From NCBI GenBank assembly GCA_051599415.1, contig AP039692.1, forward strand, positions 62,001 through 126,000: 64,000 nucleotides of DNA. The letters run 5' to 3'. How positions within the stretch are numbered: position 1 is the stretch's first letter; each line of letters starts with the position of its first letter. The notes under the pieces were generated by a model. That model saw only the letters and a program-made list of their open reading frames with translations, was not told the origin of the DNA and ran no database searches. Both the position numbers and the translations under genes were made by a program. This DNA is from Savitreella phatthalungensis (Eukaryota). This document shows, piece by piece, positions 52,223 through 63,825 of this stretch.

Positions 52223-52240
52223 GATAAGAGATAAGATTAA
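52223..52240. promoter_or_regulatory. Tandem GATA-factor sites
   Basis: GATAAGAGATAAGATTAA: two GATAAG plus one GATTAA. Confidence 0.4.
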
Positions 52241-52906
52241 AACACCACTTTCGCCCAATCAGTCTGCGTCTGGGCTCGGTTCGAATACAATTTAATGACT
52301 TGAGTCAGATATCAGGTTGTTGTTGGTTACAATTTGACACAGCTCAGCTTACTTGTAATTGTCATCAGAATCCTACCATGCCTGGAGGTCTAGTATTGCG
52401 ATATCGCCCAGAACTACATTTCACCCGGGGGTCGGCATTGATGGAATGGACTGATCTTGGTACTGACTGATAAGAGAAGAAAGAAACCTGGAAAGTCGAT
52501 CATTAAGATGATCTGATTTTATGCTGAATGATCGAATGTTGTTGCTTGGATGCAGTACAGATGAACTCACCACCATGTCCCACCACGTATATGCACTGCA
52601 GGAGATGGTAAACTCCACATGGTGCACGTGAGCAGAAACGATCGTCCAAGCTTAATCTGCATCAATATTGACTCCACAATTTAGACACAAAATTAAATTA
52701 AAGTTTAGATGCAGCTATAATTCAGTCATACGAGACAAACATGCATGCATTCACTTATAAGTCAGGCTGTATGCACGTACGCAATCTATGCATGAATTTA
52801 CATTCTCTATTGAAAATGTTCACAGCAACCTGTATGGTATGTCATCAGACTACATACAGTGCTACCTATCCTACACTACCATTCATCCTTCCATCCTGCG
52901 ATACTG

Positions 52907-54145
52907 ATGCTAAGACCATCAGTAGGAAGATCAGTCAGGTGTACGCTACTCTTGAAACCTGTAAGACCTCGATTGGTATCATGTGACAAATTACCTCAAC
53001 ACCGGTATCCTGGAAATATCCGCAATGCAACCACAGCGGCAGATGTCTGGCGTAGTATCCCACTCTTCCACAGGACGCTTGCCTCAGGTCTGATAGCTAT
53101 CGCCGCAGTTGGTCTTGGTCTCGGATTGTACCAGTACTATACGCTTCCCAAGTCACCCTATCCAGAGTCTGTCACCAAGCATCTCCGCAAGGCGCTTTAC
53201 TATGAAGGGTCGGGAAAGGATTTGAAGGCTGCCGTGACCGAATTTCTGGCCGCTTTGGAGGAGGCAACGCGTCTCGGACTCGATCAAACATCAGATGACA
53301 TGACAGGATTGAAAATCAAGATTGCCAGTGTCTATGAGGCGAGTAATAGACCTGAATCCGCCCTTCGCATCTATGCAGGACTACTTAATGAGCTTCAAGC
53401 TGCCTTACAGCCCTCTTTGCCAGTATCAGAACGCCGTCGGCTACTACGGCGTGCTCTAGGCACTGCTGTACGTGCCGGAGATATCGCCATGGGTTTGGGG
53501 AATCAGCATCAGGCAGAAAAGTGCTATGCGTGGGCCCTAGAGTCTATGCTGCTCGAATTCGGCAGAACGTCCCCGCGATCAGCCGAGACAGGCGTTGCAA
53601 CGGGAACGCGAGCGGGAGAGCGGTGGCTTGAATGGAGTGCAGAGGGGGGCATCTACGAAGCCGCAGCCAACATGTATCTTCATACCGGCCGACCAGCGCT
53701 GGCCATGCCCTTGTATCTCAAGGCGCTCGATGCGCTTGCTGGAGAGCTCGGTTCACCCGAGGCCGTCAACGCCCACTCGCTGACACTCCTTAATTCTATC
53801 GCTTCCGCTGTGTCAGAGCAAGGACGCGCAAATGAGGAACTCCAGATACGCGCTTTGCAGTGGGCGTCGAAGGCTCGGTCTGCTGCACTCACTGTGCCTG
53901 TAGCCTCGGACGACTTTGTAGGCAAAGCTGAGCTTGACCGTGCACGGTGCATCGCAGCTTTCAACCTCGCGAAGATTTCCGATGCCCTCGGACGGGACAC
54001 AGATGCCAGAGACTACTACAAGGAAGCAGCGTTCAAGGCGAAAGTACTGGTTGGCAAGGGCGACAGCGGAGTGGCTGAGGTGCTTCATCTGGCCACAGAA
54101 GCCGTCCAGCGACTCACAGCGAACCCCACAATCGAGCTAGCCTAA
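52907..54145 (+). CDS. Mitochondrial inner-membrane TPR protein, Mgr3-like
   Basis: Presequence, one TM, YPESVTKHLRKALYYE, GLDQTSDDMTGLKIKIA, TPR helices. Confidence 0.7.
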   Translation: MLRPSVGRSVRCTLLLKPVRPRLVSCDKLPQHRYPGNIRNATTAADVWRSIPLFHRTLASGLIAIAAVGLGLGLYQYYTLPKSPYPESVTKHLRKALYYEGSGKDLKAAVTEFLAALEEATRLGLDQTSDDMTGLKIKIASVYEASNRPESALRIYAGLLNELQAALQPSLPVSERRRLLRRALGTAVRAGDIAMGLGNQHQAEKCYAWALESMLLEFGRTSPRSAETGVATGTRAGERWLEWSAEGGIYEAAANMYLHTGRPALAMPLYLKALDALAGELGSPEAVNAHSLTLLNSIASAVSEQGRANEELQIRALQWASKARSAALTVPVASDDFVGKAELDRARCIAAFNLAKISDALGRDTDARDYYKEAAFKAKVLVGKGDSGVAEVLHLATEAVQRLTANPTIELA

Positions 54146-54360
54146 ATATGGCCGCTTCAGCACTCAAACCCTGTAGATTCAATGATGATCAATGATGATG
54201 TACAGTCCTACCTGTTTGTGGTTGACGCCGTGCACGATACTGCACTCCAGCAGCCACAGTCCTGTGACGCGCTCCGCGGATAATTGTTGATGCACAAAAA
54301 GTCGTCGAGGTCAAGTGAAAAAAAACAGATGTCACTTGAATGAGACAAGCGTAGAGACGC

Positions 54361-55611
54361 ATGATACCTCTATCGCGATGCCACTTCTGCCGTCGCGTCC
54401 TTCCAGGAGCTTTGCGCCTGCACACGACCTCGATGACGCCTGCGTTGTTAACAAGGGCCAGGCGACTTGCAGCTGAGCACGACCGCCTAGACAAAGCCTC
54501 ATCAGAGGCTGCAAACTTCACAGCAGAAACAGCTCGGTCGCGTAAGCGCGTTGCTGAACTTGCTCCCGTGGCCGCTGCACTCGCTCGGCACGACGACGTT
54601 ACTCGGCAGCTCGCAGAATGCAGGTCTCTCGCCTCAGACGCACCAGAAGGATCTGACGGTGGAAGCCCAGATGGCGTGGACGACGAGCTCCGGGAGCTCG
54701 CGAGGGAGGAGGTTCCTCTGCTGGAAGCGTCACTCGCCGAGAGTACCTCGGAGCTGAGACAAGCGCTGACGCCCAGACATCCTCGTGGAGATGGTCCCGC
54801 GGTTTTGGAGATCCGAGCTGGGGTGGGCGGTGGAGAAGCTGCTCTGTTTGCGAACGACTTGCTAGTCATGTACGAGCGCCTGTCGTCTGCACAGGGTTGG
54901 ACGTTCCGGACGTTCTCGACGTCTGCGCTGGAAGGCAGCGTGGCTGGGGAACATGGGATCACCGAGGCAATCGTTGCACTCGGTCGGCCAGGTCAAGGCG
55001 TTTTCGAGAAGCTTCGATTCGAAGCTGGTGTACACCGTGTCCAGCGTACTCCAGCGACAGAGCAGAAAGGCCGCGTTCACACCTCCACAGCGAGTGTCCA
55101 CGTTCTGCCTGAGCTCTCGGACGCAGAGGTCGATGCCCGCGAGGATGGCCTGCTCGAGGTGGATGAGAGCGAGGTGAAGCTGGAGGTGATGCGGTCACGT
55201 GGTGCAGGTGGCCAGCACGTCAACCGGACAGAGTCAGCCGTACGTCTGACACACCTGCCGACAGGAATCCAGGTGTCCATGCAGGACTCCCGAAGTCAGC
55301 ACGCCAACAAGCGCGCCGCCTGGCTTCTACTCCGATCGAAGATCGCAGAAGGTCGACGTGCTATGATGCATGCGGAGCAGGTCGGTGAGAAGCGTGCACA
55401 GGTGAGTGGCGGCGTGGATCGGTCTGAGAAGTGCAGGACCTACAATTACGCTCAGAATCGCGTCACCGACCACAGGGCCAACATCTCCTCCCACTCCCTT
55501 GACGCCATCATGCGTGGCGATGCTCAACTACTCGAGCTCATCGAAAGTGTGCACGCACACATGATCGAGGCAGAATTGCAGAGAGCTTTGGAGGTGGACG
55601 AGGGGCATTGA
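54361..55611 (+). CDS. MRF1: Mitochondrial peptide chain release factor 1
   Basis: LEIRAGVGGGEAALFA, FEAGVHRVQRTPATE (PxT motif), GAGGQHVNRTESAVR, RTYNY.QNRVTDHR. Confidence 0.93.
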   Translation: MIPLSRCHFCRRVLPGALRLHTTSMTPALLTRARRLAAEHDRLDKASSEAANFTAETARSRKRVAELAPVAAALARHDDVTRQLAECRSLASDAPEGSDGGSPDGVDDELRELAREEVPLLEASLAESTSELRQALTPRHPRGDGPAVLEIRAGVGGGEAALFANDLLVMYERLSSAQGWTFRTFSTSALEGSVAGEHGITEAIVALGRPGQGVFEKLRFEAGVHRVQRTPATEQKGRVHTSTASVHVLPELSDAEVDAREDGLLEVDESEVKLEVMRSRGAGGQHVNRTESAVRLTHLPTGIQVSMQDSRSQHANKRAAWLLLRSKIAEGRRAMMHAEQVGEKRAQVSGGVDRSEKCRTYNYAQNRVTDHRANISSHSLDAIMRGDAQLLELIESVHAHMIEAELQRALEVDEGH

Positions 55612-55785
55612 TGATGAACGCACGATAGACGTCCTGAGGGCAATACGGGACGGACCGGTGGGAGGCACATTTGACGTTGACACGAACGAGCACATAAACT
55701 AGATAATGAACACAATGCATTGATGACGTGAGAGGGATTCGTTTTCTAACGATGCAGCCGATTGACGACCGCCCGAATGCCCATT

Positions 55786-57370
55786 TTAGACGACAGACCA
55801 GACACGGATGAGCCCGTCGGTGTAGCCGGAGAAGAGGGTCTGGCCGTCTGCTGACCAGGCGAGCGAGGTGACCTGGGGCTCCTGCGACTTCTTGCCGACG
55901 CCGACAAAGTCGACCTTGAGCTCCTCGACAATGGTCTTGGTCTCGAGATCGAAGATCTTGATGACCGAGCCGGAGGCAGCGCAAAGCCAGTAACGGTTCG
56001 GGGAGAAGACGAGCGAGTGGATCTCTTCTCCGGCGTCGAGCGAGTAGAGGTGCTTAGCCTCGTTCAGGTCCCACAGCATCGTCGTTCCGTCTTTGCCGCC
56101 GGAAGCGCAAAGCGAGCCGTCAGGCGAGACGGTGACGACGTTGATGTAACCCTGGTGCCCGTAGTGGTTGGTGCGAAGCTTGCAGCGAGAGAGCTCCCAG
56201 ACCTGAATCGAGTTAGTAAACGCTGAGCACTAGGCAGGGAAGATTTCCTCCCGTCCAGCGCGGGCACAATCAGGGACAAATCAAAAAAGAAACGATGTCG
56301 ACTGTCCGGATCAGACTTGGCGAGTTTGGCTTCTCATGTGGGTCCTCTTGAGAGGCCATCTGAAGTAGCAAATATACGCTGAACATCAGCTCCGGCAGAA
56401 GGGGAATCATGCGCGGCGACGCAGATAAACCACATGATTGTGCAGAGGAATTCAAATTCACGAGACAAACCGTAGTGCCTTTAGGTCTGCGCGATCGACA
56501 GCGCGTCCTCCGGTCGAAAGAAGAGCGCTGAACTTGATCTCGCCATTCACAAAGGGCTGCGGTTATTTCGAAGAATATCACACTTGCACCACGATGCCGC
56601 TTCCTCCTAATCATGACTTGCGCAATGGCAAAGATAGGCAGTCGTCGTTCGTCCTGACCATTCCGTTTATGTGAATGATCATGTGTTGTGGACGAGGACT
56701 CGGCTAAAGTGTGTGCAGATGTGACGTCTCTGTCTCTTGAATGTATTTCGTCCGCTGTGGTCCTTTGTCTCCGCGACATACACATCAAGGAAACAATAGA
56801 GGGCAACTGGGCCCGCGCGAGGGAGAAAGGGATAAACAAACTTACCTTGACGACCTTGTCCCATCCAGCAGAGACGATGACAGGGTTGGCCGGGTTTGGC
56901 GAGAAGCGGACACATGAGACCCACTCGGAGTGGTTGTCCTCCTGGATGGTGAACTTGCAGTCACCGAGCGTGTTCCAGAGCTTGATGGTGCGGTCACGCG
57001 AGCCAGAGACGATCTGACGGTTGTCGGCAGAGAATGAGACTGAGAGGACGTCACCAGTGTGGCCGACGAAGCGACGAGTGGTGTTGCCAGTGTTGAGGTC
57101 CCACAGGCGAAGGGTGTGGTCCCAGGAGGCAGACAGAGCGTACTGGCCGTCGGACGAGATGACACAGTCCGAGACAAAGCCGTTGTGGCCCTTGAGCGCG
57201 CGACGAGGAACACCGTAGTTGGCCTCGTCACGGGTGATCTGCCAGACGAGGAGAGTCTTGTCGCGCGATCCAGAGACCAGGAGATCGGGGTTCTCAGCCG
57301 AGGTGGCAAGGGATGTGACCCAGTTGGAGTGGCCCTCAAGGGTACCGCGGAGGACGATAGAGTCAGACAT
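55786..57370 (-). CDS. ASC1: RACK1/Asc1/Cpc2 WD40 ribosomal protein; join(56846-57370, 55786-56202), 313 aa
   Basis: [18 protein letters not shown]..., 643-nt intron 56203-56845 (GTAAGT..TACTAAC..CAG), [11 protein letters not shown]; strong codon bias. Confidence 0.97.
56306..56395 (-). ncRNA. Box C/D snoRNA U24 (snR24) in the RACK1 intron
   Basis: C box TGATGT, guide ATATTTGCTACTT + D' CAGA, C' ATGAGA, CGCCAAG-T + D box CTGA, terminal stem CCGGA/TCCGG; same layout and host gene as yeast snR24. Confidence 0.9.
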
Positions 57371-58057
57371 GATTATCGGGATACTAATAAATGGCGAGAG
57401 AGCCTGACTTCTATTGAGGTAGTATGCCTTCGTGATTGTGCCGGTTACGGGTGAGGATTTGGCAATGAGAGATTCTCACGCTCAGCCGCACGTGTATCAT
57501 AGTACAATTCGTTATTCACCATCAATTGAACGTCAATATATAGATGCATGTCGTTTTGGAAATGATTAACGTAGTGAATTATGATTGTATTCTGACATAC
57601 TCTTGCCGATCAGATCAATGAATCACTCGCAACTTTAATTAGATTACAGATGCAGGGATCTATGGTATTCAATCAGGTAGGCATATGTCATGGTATCCAT
57701 TTGAATGCACAAATCCATAGGCGACAGGAAATTTGTGGCTCATGTGGCGCATCACTCTCAAATTTGACAGTACCGTGCACGTGAGCGTTGACGCCGATGC
57801 CAATTGTGCATCCTGACAATCTTTTAGAGTGATGGATTCCGGATGTCCAGATCGCCTTTGTGTCGAGACGCTGGAAGGGTTTCTATCCAACAGGGAAACA
57901 ACGTCAAGGTAACCATTGCTCCCATCTACAACAACGCTGAAGAGTGATCTGAGTATCGGATTCACTTTCTCACAAGCAGACGGACGATATCAGCCAGCAC
58001 GCCGACGCTGCTGAGCCCACATATAGCTTGCAGGCCTAGTCCGTCGATCGGCACAGT

Positions 58058-58477
58058 ATGAGCACGCCCATCGTGGCTCCTTTCTCACAGGCAAATCGAT
58101 CTCGCGTCGCGTCACTCTACAAGCGTTCACTCAAGCTCGCTCGCGACTGGCTCATTCACAGAGACTCATGGCGTCGCCAAGCTATGCTCATCCGCGAGCG
58201 CTTTGAGCAGAATCGCGATGTACATGACCCGCGTCTGCTGAATGACATCTTTGCAAAGACGGAAGCAGAGCTCCTCAAATACAAGCATCCTCACCCCTAT
58301 ATTGGTACGTTTCACCATTGCTCATTCGCGGCAAATCAAAAATGCGATGCACCGGTTCCTCTGACGTTAGTACTAACACCCTCTATAGTCCCCACAGCGC
58401 CTGGAGGTTCAAAGTGGGAGCGCAATATTCCACCAAAGCTTGCAGATGGCCCTGTAGAGCAACGAGAGGTCGACTGA
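58058..58477 (+). CDS. Complex I subunit NDUFB9 (LYR family); join(58058-58304, 58389-58477)
   Basis: SLYKRSLKLARDW, IRERFEQNRDV, HPHPYI^VPTAPGGSKWERN; intron GTACGT..TACTAAC..TAG. Confidence 0.9.
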   Translation: MSTPIVAPFSQANRSRVASLYKRSLKLARDWLIHRDSWRRQAMLIRERFEQNRDVHDPRLLNDIFAKTEAELLKYKHPHPYIGTFHHCSFAANQKCDAPVPLTLVLTPSIVPTAPGGSKWERNIPPKLADGPVEQREVD

Positions 58478-58558
58478 GCACTGTAATGCCCTCGACATTG
58501 TTTAGAACCCTCGATTTCCAGCATCATGTCATTAATCAGAAGATGAATCACTCTATGA

Positions 58559-60220
58559 TCAATCCTCCCTGCGCGATGCCTGGACGAAAGGATCCTCCTC
58601 ATCCTCCTCGTCCGCGCCCTGAGCCTGTGTCTTCGTGTCTCCAGCGTCGACCCTACTCTGCCCGGGCTCACCAGAGTACCGCTCGTACCAAACTCTGACG
58701 TTGCCCCTGCCAGGGTCCTCGTCGATCCCCTTGAAGACGAGCTCTCTTGTTCGATGAAGGGATTCGACGGCATCGCACCGGTCCTTCACGTTGTCGAGCA
58801 TGTCTTGGAAATTATCCTCTGCGCAAATTTCGCGGAATGCTGCCATCATTGCACGCGAGTCGGCGCGTACATTTGCCGCCGCATCAATCGTCAGAAGATT
58901 TAGCGCGTCCAGCTTCTCCATAAAATCTGCACGCGTTGCAATACGACGACATTCGTGCAACGGTAGCGACACAAGTCGGTCGCCTTCGTCGTCTCCGCCA
59001 CGTCGCTTCTCCTCTTCCACGAGAGCTTGTGCGAGCGAGAACGTGCCGGCCTGCCACTTTCCATCGTCGAGCACGTCATCGTCAAAGTCTGGGATAAGTG
59101 CGGATTGAGACAAAAGCCACGTCTTCTCCTGCCGCAGATACTGTGCACACCGCTTTTCGATGCTCGGTGCCTTTGCCACCTTTGCTAGGAAGGATAGCCT
59201 GCCACCGCATGCGTGCCAGACAAGATCGAGCTGCTCCTGCGTCGGGGCCTCTCCGTTGTGTAAGAGTGTCCTGTATCGTGCAAAAGCTGCAAGTGCGCGG
59301 TTTTTCGGTAAATCATGAACCGGAAGCAGCTCCATCCGACGAGCATTTTGCTTCATCCGCTCGAAGACCCAATACTCGTCGCTGTTGAAAATGAAGGTTG
59401 CCAAGCCGGCGCTGGCAAATGATTCCGCCCGCTGTTGCAACAACTCAAGCAGGTCGTTGCCCTCGGGATCATTCCGCAGCAAGTGCATGTTGTTGAATAT
59501 GAGCACAAGAGGACGATGGTCAGCGCCTTTGCGCGTCAGATGACGCACAGCGACCTTTTCCAGTTTGTTGAAAGCTCGTTCTATATCGAGCAATGGACCA
59601 GCATCTCGCTGGCCTTTGATGCTGAACAATCCGCCGATAAAGTCCTCGGTGAATTCGTAGTCAAGCACCTTTCCGAGCCTGATTCGAAAGACCTCGACAT
59701 CGGGATGTACATCCATGATGCTGACATTCTCGCCTTCAACAGCGTGCATCGCATTCAGCAGCATACCCTTCTTGCCGTTGCCTTTCTCGCCGATGATCAG
59801 GTAGTAACTGCCTGCTCGCTCGCCACGTACCATGGCATCAATCTCGTATTGCTCGTCCCGTAGGACAAAGTGGTGATCCAGCGCTGACGCATCGCGTGTG
59901 GTATGCCGATTATGATGAAATCGGAGTGCAGGATCTCCTGGCCCGAAGCTCTTTTCGATCTTGTGTAACACGAGCCACTTATAGTACTTGTGATATGAGT
60001 AGCCTCCGGCAGCCAAGAGAATCAAAGATGCAAGCGTAGTCAGTCCGGATTCCAATACACGCGACCCAGTGCTGTCATTGGACTTTGACGACTCGTCTTC
60101 GCGTGGGTCTTCCTGAACAGGATTGCTTGGGCCGATCGATGGAGGACCTAGTGTGATACCTCTCGCAATCGATCTACCCACGCATGGTTGTATCCTCGAG
60201 CGGAATCCAGATCGAAGCAT
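58559..60220 (-). CDS. Conserved fungal mitochondrial membrane P-loop/AAA-like ATPase
   Basis: Presequence, TM, GGYSYHKYYKWLVL, YYLIIGEKGNGK, LLDIERAFNKLEKVA, LLQQRAE; ATG 60220. Confidence 0.78.
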   Translation of the reverse strand: MLRSGFRSRIQPCVGRSIARGITLGPPSIGPSNPVQEDPREDESSKSNDSTGSRVLESGLTTLASLILLAAGGYSYHKYYKWLVLHKIEKSFGPGDPALRFHHNRHTTRDASALDHHFVLRDEQYEIDAMVRGERAGSYYLIIGEKGNGKKGMLLNAMHAVEGENVSIMDVHPDVEVFRIRLGKVLDYEFTEDFIGGLFSIKGQRDAGPLLDIERAFNKLEKVAVRHLTRKGADHRPLVLIFNNMHLLRNDPEGNDLLELLQQRAESFASAGLATFIFNSDEYWVFERMKQNARRMELLPVHDLPKNRALAAFARYRTLLHNGEAPTQEQLDLVWHACGGRLSFLAKVAKAPSIEKRCAQYLRQEKTWLLSQSALIPDFDDDVLDDGKWQAGTFSLAQALVEEEKRRGGDDEGDRLVSLPLHECRRIATRADFMEKLDALNLLTIDAAANVRADSRAMMAAFREICAEDNFQDMLDNVKDRCDAVESLHRTRELVFKGIDEDPGRGNVRVWYERYSGEPGQSRVDAGDTKTQAQGADEEDEEDPFVQASRRED

Positions 60221-60453
60221 ACCGACTGAAGCCCGGAGCGTCTGTATGATGCAAGCTTTCAGAGGCTCTGTGATGCTAATACAAAGAGCGCTTCTAAATA
60301 TAACTTCTTGGACGCTTTTTAAGCTTAATTTGAAGATGCACACTTCTTCCTGATAGCACATTTTGACGCACGTGTATTCAACCCCGACCGCCTCGTTTCA
60401 GTCGAGTGTATGATCACTATGATATTGCCTATGAGGATTACATCCTTTGAGTG

Positions 60454-61077
60454 CTAGAACGGGGATCCATGGAGAGCGTTGTCGCAATTCCAACTCGGAT
60501 GCTCGAGAAACATGACGAACCTCTCGAAGGATGCAGCAGTCGCCCACTCAACGCAAAAGGGGTCATTAGCAGGCAGATTCTTACTCTTACGAAACCCTTC
60601 GGTCGGGGACGCAGATGTATCAGCAGATAGTTGTTGCGCCTGAACAAACTCCAAGATGTTTTCGTATTGAGCGTGATCGAGATCTTGCGCTACATCACGC
60701 CTTTTCATTGCCTGAACCCTGGCGCGTGTGTCAAGCGATGAGGCATTAGTGAGTGTGCCAAATTCCTCGTCGTTGATTGACGTAGTATTAGTAGGCGAAT
60801 CTGGGGCAAGGAGCTTTCCGCCTCTGCCGGAAGAGCCTCTGCTGCTACCTGAAGAGCCACCACTGCGACTTGAGCCGCTGCTACGGCCTGAAGAGCTTCC
60901 CCTATTTGTGCGTGAACGGGTCGTGGTTTGACCAGGTTGGCGTGTTGAATGAAATCCGTGGCAATTGAAGGTACATAATCCACGTCTCGAGCGCCAGTCG
61001 TAAATTGAGCCAACAACAATGCCAGCAATAGCACTGAGCCCGAGAATTACGAACAGGATCATAAAACAACCTCTCAT
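60454..61077 (-). CDS. Small orphan secreted or membrane protein with G/S-rich tract
   Basis: N-terminal hydrophobic helix, GSSSGRSSGSSRSGG tract, KRR dibasic site, four further Cys. Confidence 0.55.
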   Translation of the reverse strand: MRGCFMILFVILGLSAIAGIVVGSIYDWRSRRGLCTFNCHGFHSTRQPGQTTTRSRTNRGSSSGRSSGSSRSGGSSGSSRGSSGRGGKLLAPDSPTNTTSINDEEFGTLTNASSLDTRARVQAMKRRDVAQDLDHAQYENILEFVQAQQLSADTSASPTEGFRKSKNLPANDPFCVEWATAASFERFVMFLEHPSWNCDNALHGSPF

Positions 61078-63825
61078 TGACTTTTGACGACGATTTGCAA
61101 TGTTCAGCGCTGGATATGTTGGTTCTTATATATCAGTGAAGCCTCTGGAAAGTACTGACGCTCATGATCAGCGTTTGGTCTTGAAGCTCGTCACCGGTGA
61201 CCGCAACATGTATCATCGCAGATATCTGCCCTCAGTGAAAGGTGGAGAAGATTTGGTTCAGGGTTCTTAGCTTGGTCTGGTTTCGAGTTTTGCAATTTGA
61301 TGGCGTACATAAACGTCATGCATCCTCGACCTCGCATCTCGTGGTGAAGCGGCGGGCCGGACTTCTGCATTAAACATTTTCATGACAGACACAGGGAGTT
61401 GTAAGCTGTCATGGACGTGCTCTGTACTGCAAGAACTCGTCTAGCGATCGCGGCAAAGCCTGTCTTGCTCTCAGCACGTACATTGACGCATAAGTAACTG
61501 TTCTGACTGGTCTTTGCAGAACTCACAGAAGTTGCTAGTCATCATCGCTCAAGCAGTGTTGTTTTTCACGACCGATGCGCGCTCAAATCATGACAAAGAC
61601 TGATACCAATCAACGCATAAACACGAACTTGTCGCGCGAGTGTGAAACGATGGCAGCTTGATATTCGTGTCATTCGACCGAATGACGAACCGCAGTTCAC
61701 GCGTATGCCCGAGATGAGCAAATGTTTGCGAGATACGGACATCCGACCCTTGTGCATTTCGATCAATGCGGAGAGACGAGACACGCAGATCGCTGTGCAA
61801 GCTTATTTGCTGCGGATACTATGTCCCAAGTTGTATCACGTGAACAGCTTGGCCCAGGTGTATCAGGGACAACGACAGGCGAACTTTGAAGGAGTGCAGT
61901 CAATTGCTGGGTCGGCAAGATTACCTTATGAGACACACGACACAATCAGCATTCTGAGCAAGCTCAGACGGTAAAGAGCAGGACCGTGGACGGAAGGATC
62001 GCGGGTCGTCATCTTTCCGGCCGTCCGTGTCGAGCTGACGGAAGACGCGAACAACGAATCATCAGGGAAACACAGGCGGGAACGCGTCTCAAGATGCGCG
62101 CGCCTTTGAAAGAAGCACAGTCAACATAACTATACGTGCTCGGTGAATGCCGCGGACTTGTCCTATTGGGTGTAAGAGCCACGCGGCTAGGCGATAGTCG
62201 AAAGACCGGACTCAATCTGGGTGGCTTCAATGGCCAATAAACGTCATTCGCCCGCGATGGAGTCTGTAAAGCAGCTCGCGGGGCCAACAGGTCACGGTCG
62301 GACTATACGGTATGGGAGAAGCTTTGCGAGGGAACTCCGAAGAGCGAGACAATAGCCCAACGGAATGGCCCATCATTTACAACCACATCACCTGCGCAAG
62401 ACGGGTAAAGTCTCCTTACGAGTGTCAGATTTTGAGGTTGACCAGAGTAAGATCGCTCGAGAGCGAAAGACGCAACAGGTGATTAGTAGTTATGTAGTTG
62501 AACTCCGGCCGACACAGAGCTGGCCAATCGAAGCGCCGAGGAAATCAGACTCATCCGCTGGTCGTCTGAGACATACACCTTTCGCGCTCAATGGGTCAAA
62601 TCAATCTGCCATGCATGATACTCGGTTTCACCTGCGCGTCAATGGCTATGAATCCACGAGCGGATCTAAGAAGTAAAATAATTATTCGGGCGAGTCTGAA
62701 GGACTGACTATGTCCAAGCAGGCCGATGGGATTGCATGTGAGGATGCAAAGCCTCGACAATTAGGATGCGGGTAATGCGCGACGCCTCATACGTCGCTCA
62801 AAGCTGATTGCAGTCGTCTGTCGAATCTGAAGATGCATATGCGGGGCGTACATAGTCATGCATCTCGATGGCAGTCACGCGGTTCCCCAGTCAAAATTCT
62901 TCGCATCGCCTAGAGGACACATACAATGCTGAGCTTGAGAATGTTCGAGTTCTAGCAAGTCTGCCGTAGGGTTCAGGCGGATGCTGCTTGTACAGCAGCT
63001 CGTACGACATTGTGTAGACAGATGGCAAGCTTCCAGAAGGTAGATCGTCAATGCACGCGAATCTGGGTCATCCCCTCATGTGGCAGCGCTGCGGATCTGC
63101 CGTGCTGTGCCGTGGACGTTGGTATGTATCACACAATTGTAACAGGATGAGCAGTCTTTCAGCAATTGCGCGTGGAAAGAGCTGGCTAGGCAAAGCTGGA
63201 ACGCGATCACGTAAGCTAGAACGCACGCGCTCTCTTGCTTAACTAGTGGATCCCACACGCCCGCAAGATAGAAACAATCCTAGGTCTGATTCTGGGTTGA
63301 TCATGGATGAAGATACAATGGCGGCTTTAACGCAATTACAAAAGCATGCACATGGGAAACAGCCTGAAATTGAATAAGCTTTATGCCTCCGAAGATCACC
63401 TTGATCCTCGGAGATTCGCGATCGATTGCAGATGATAAGAAACTTTGGGGATGGATTGTGGAGAAGAGGAATATCGATTGACCTTGTCCACTGCGGCAGA
63501 GTATGACCACTATACTGATTAGTGCGCTTACGGCGCTGGTGAACGTCGATCAGGACACGAGCCTACCACGTTTCACATCCAGCAACGAGTTCTATTTAGA
63601 GATGGCTTGACTCAGCCTGCAATTTCCAATCTGTCGTCAGACCGCAGCCCAAATAGGTAATTGATCTGGATTCTTCACTGTTTCAGAATCGGTATCTCAT
63701 GACTTGACCACTTTCAGATTGCATGTTAACTTGTGTAAGCCCAGACCTGATTCATAGCCTGCCACTGATCAGCTGAATGCACGATGGCGTTCAGGTGTTA
63801 TGAAGATGAGAGGGTGAGCTGAACT

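Noticed and set aside
56270..56845. Long C-terminal extension of the RACK1 ORF in the track
   Set aside because: It is read-through into the snoRNA-containing intron; splicing restores canonical RACK1.
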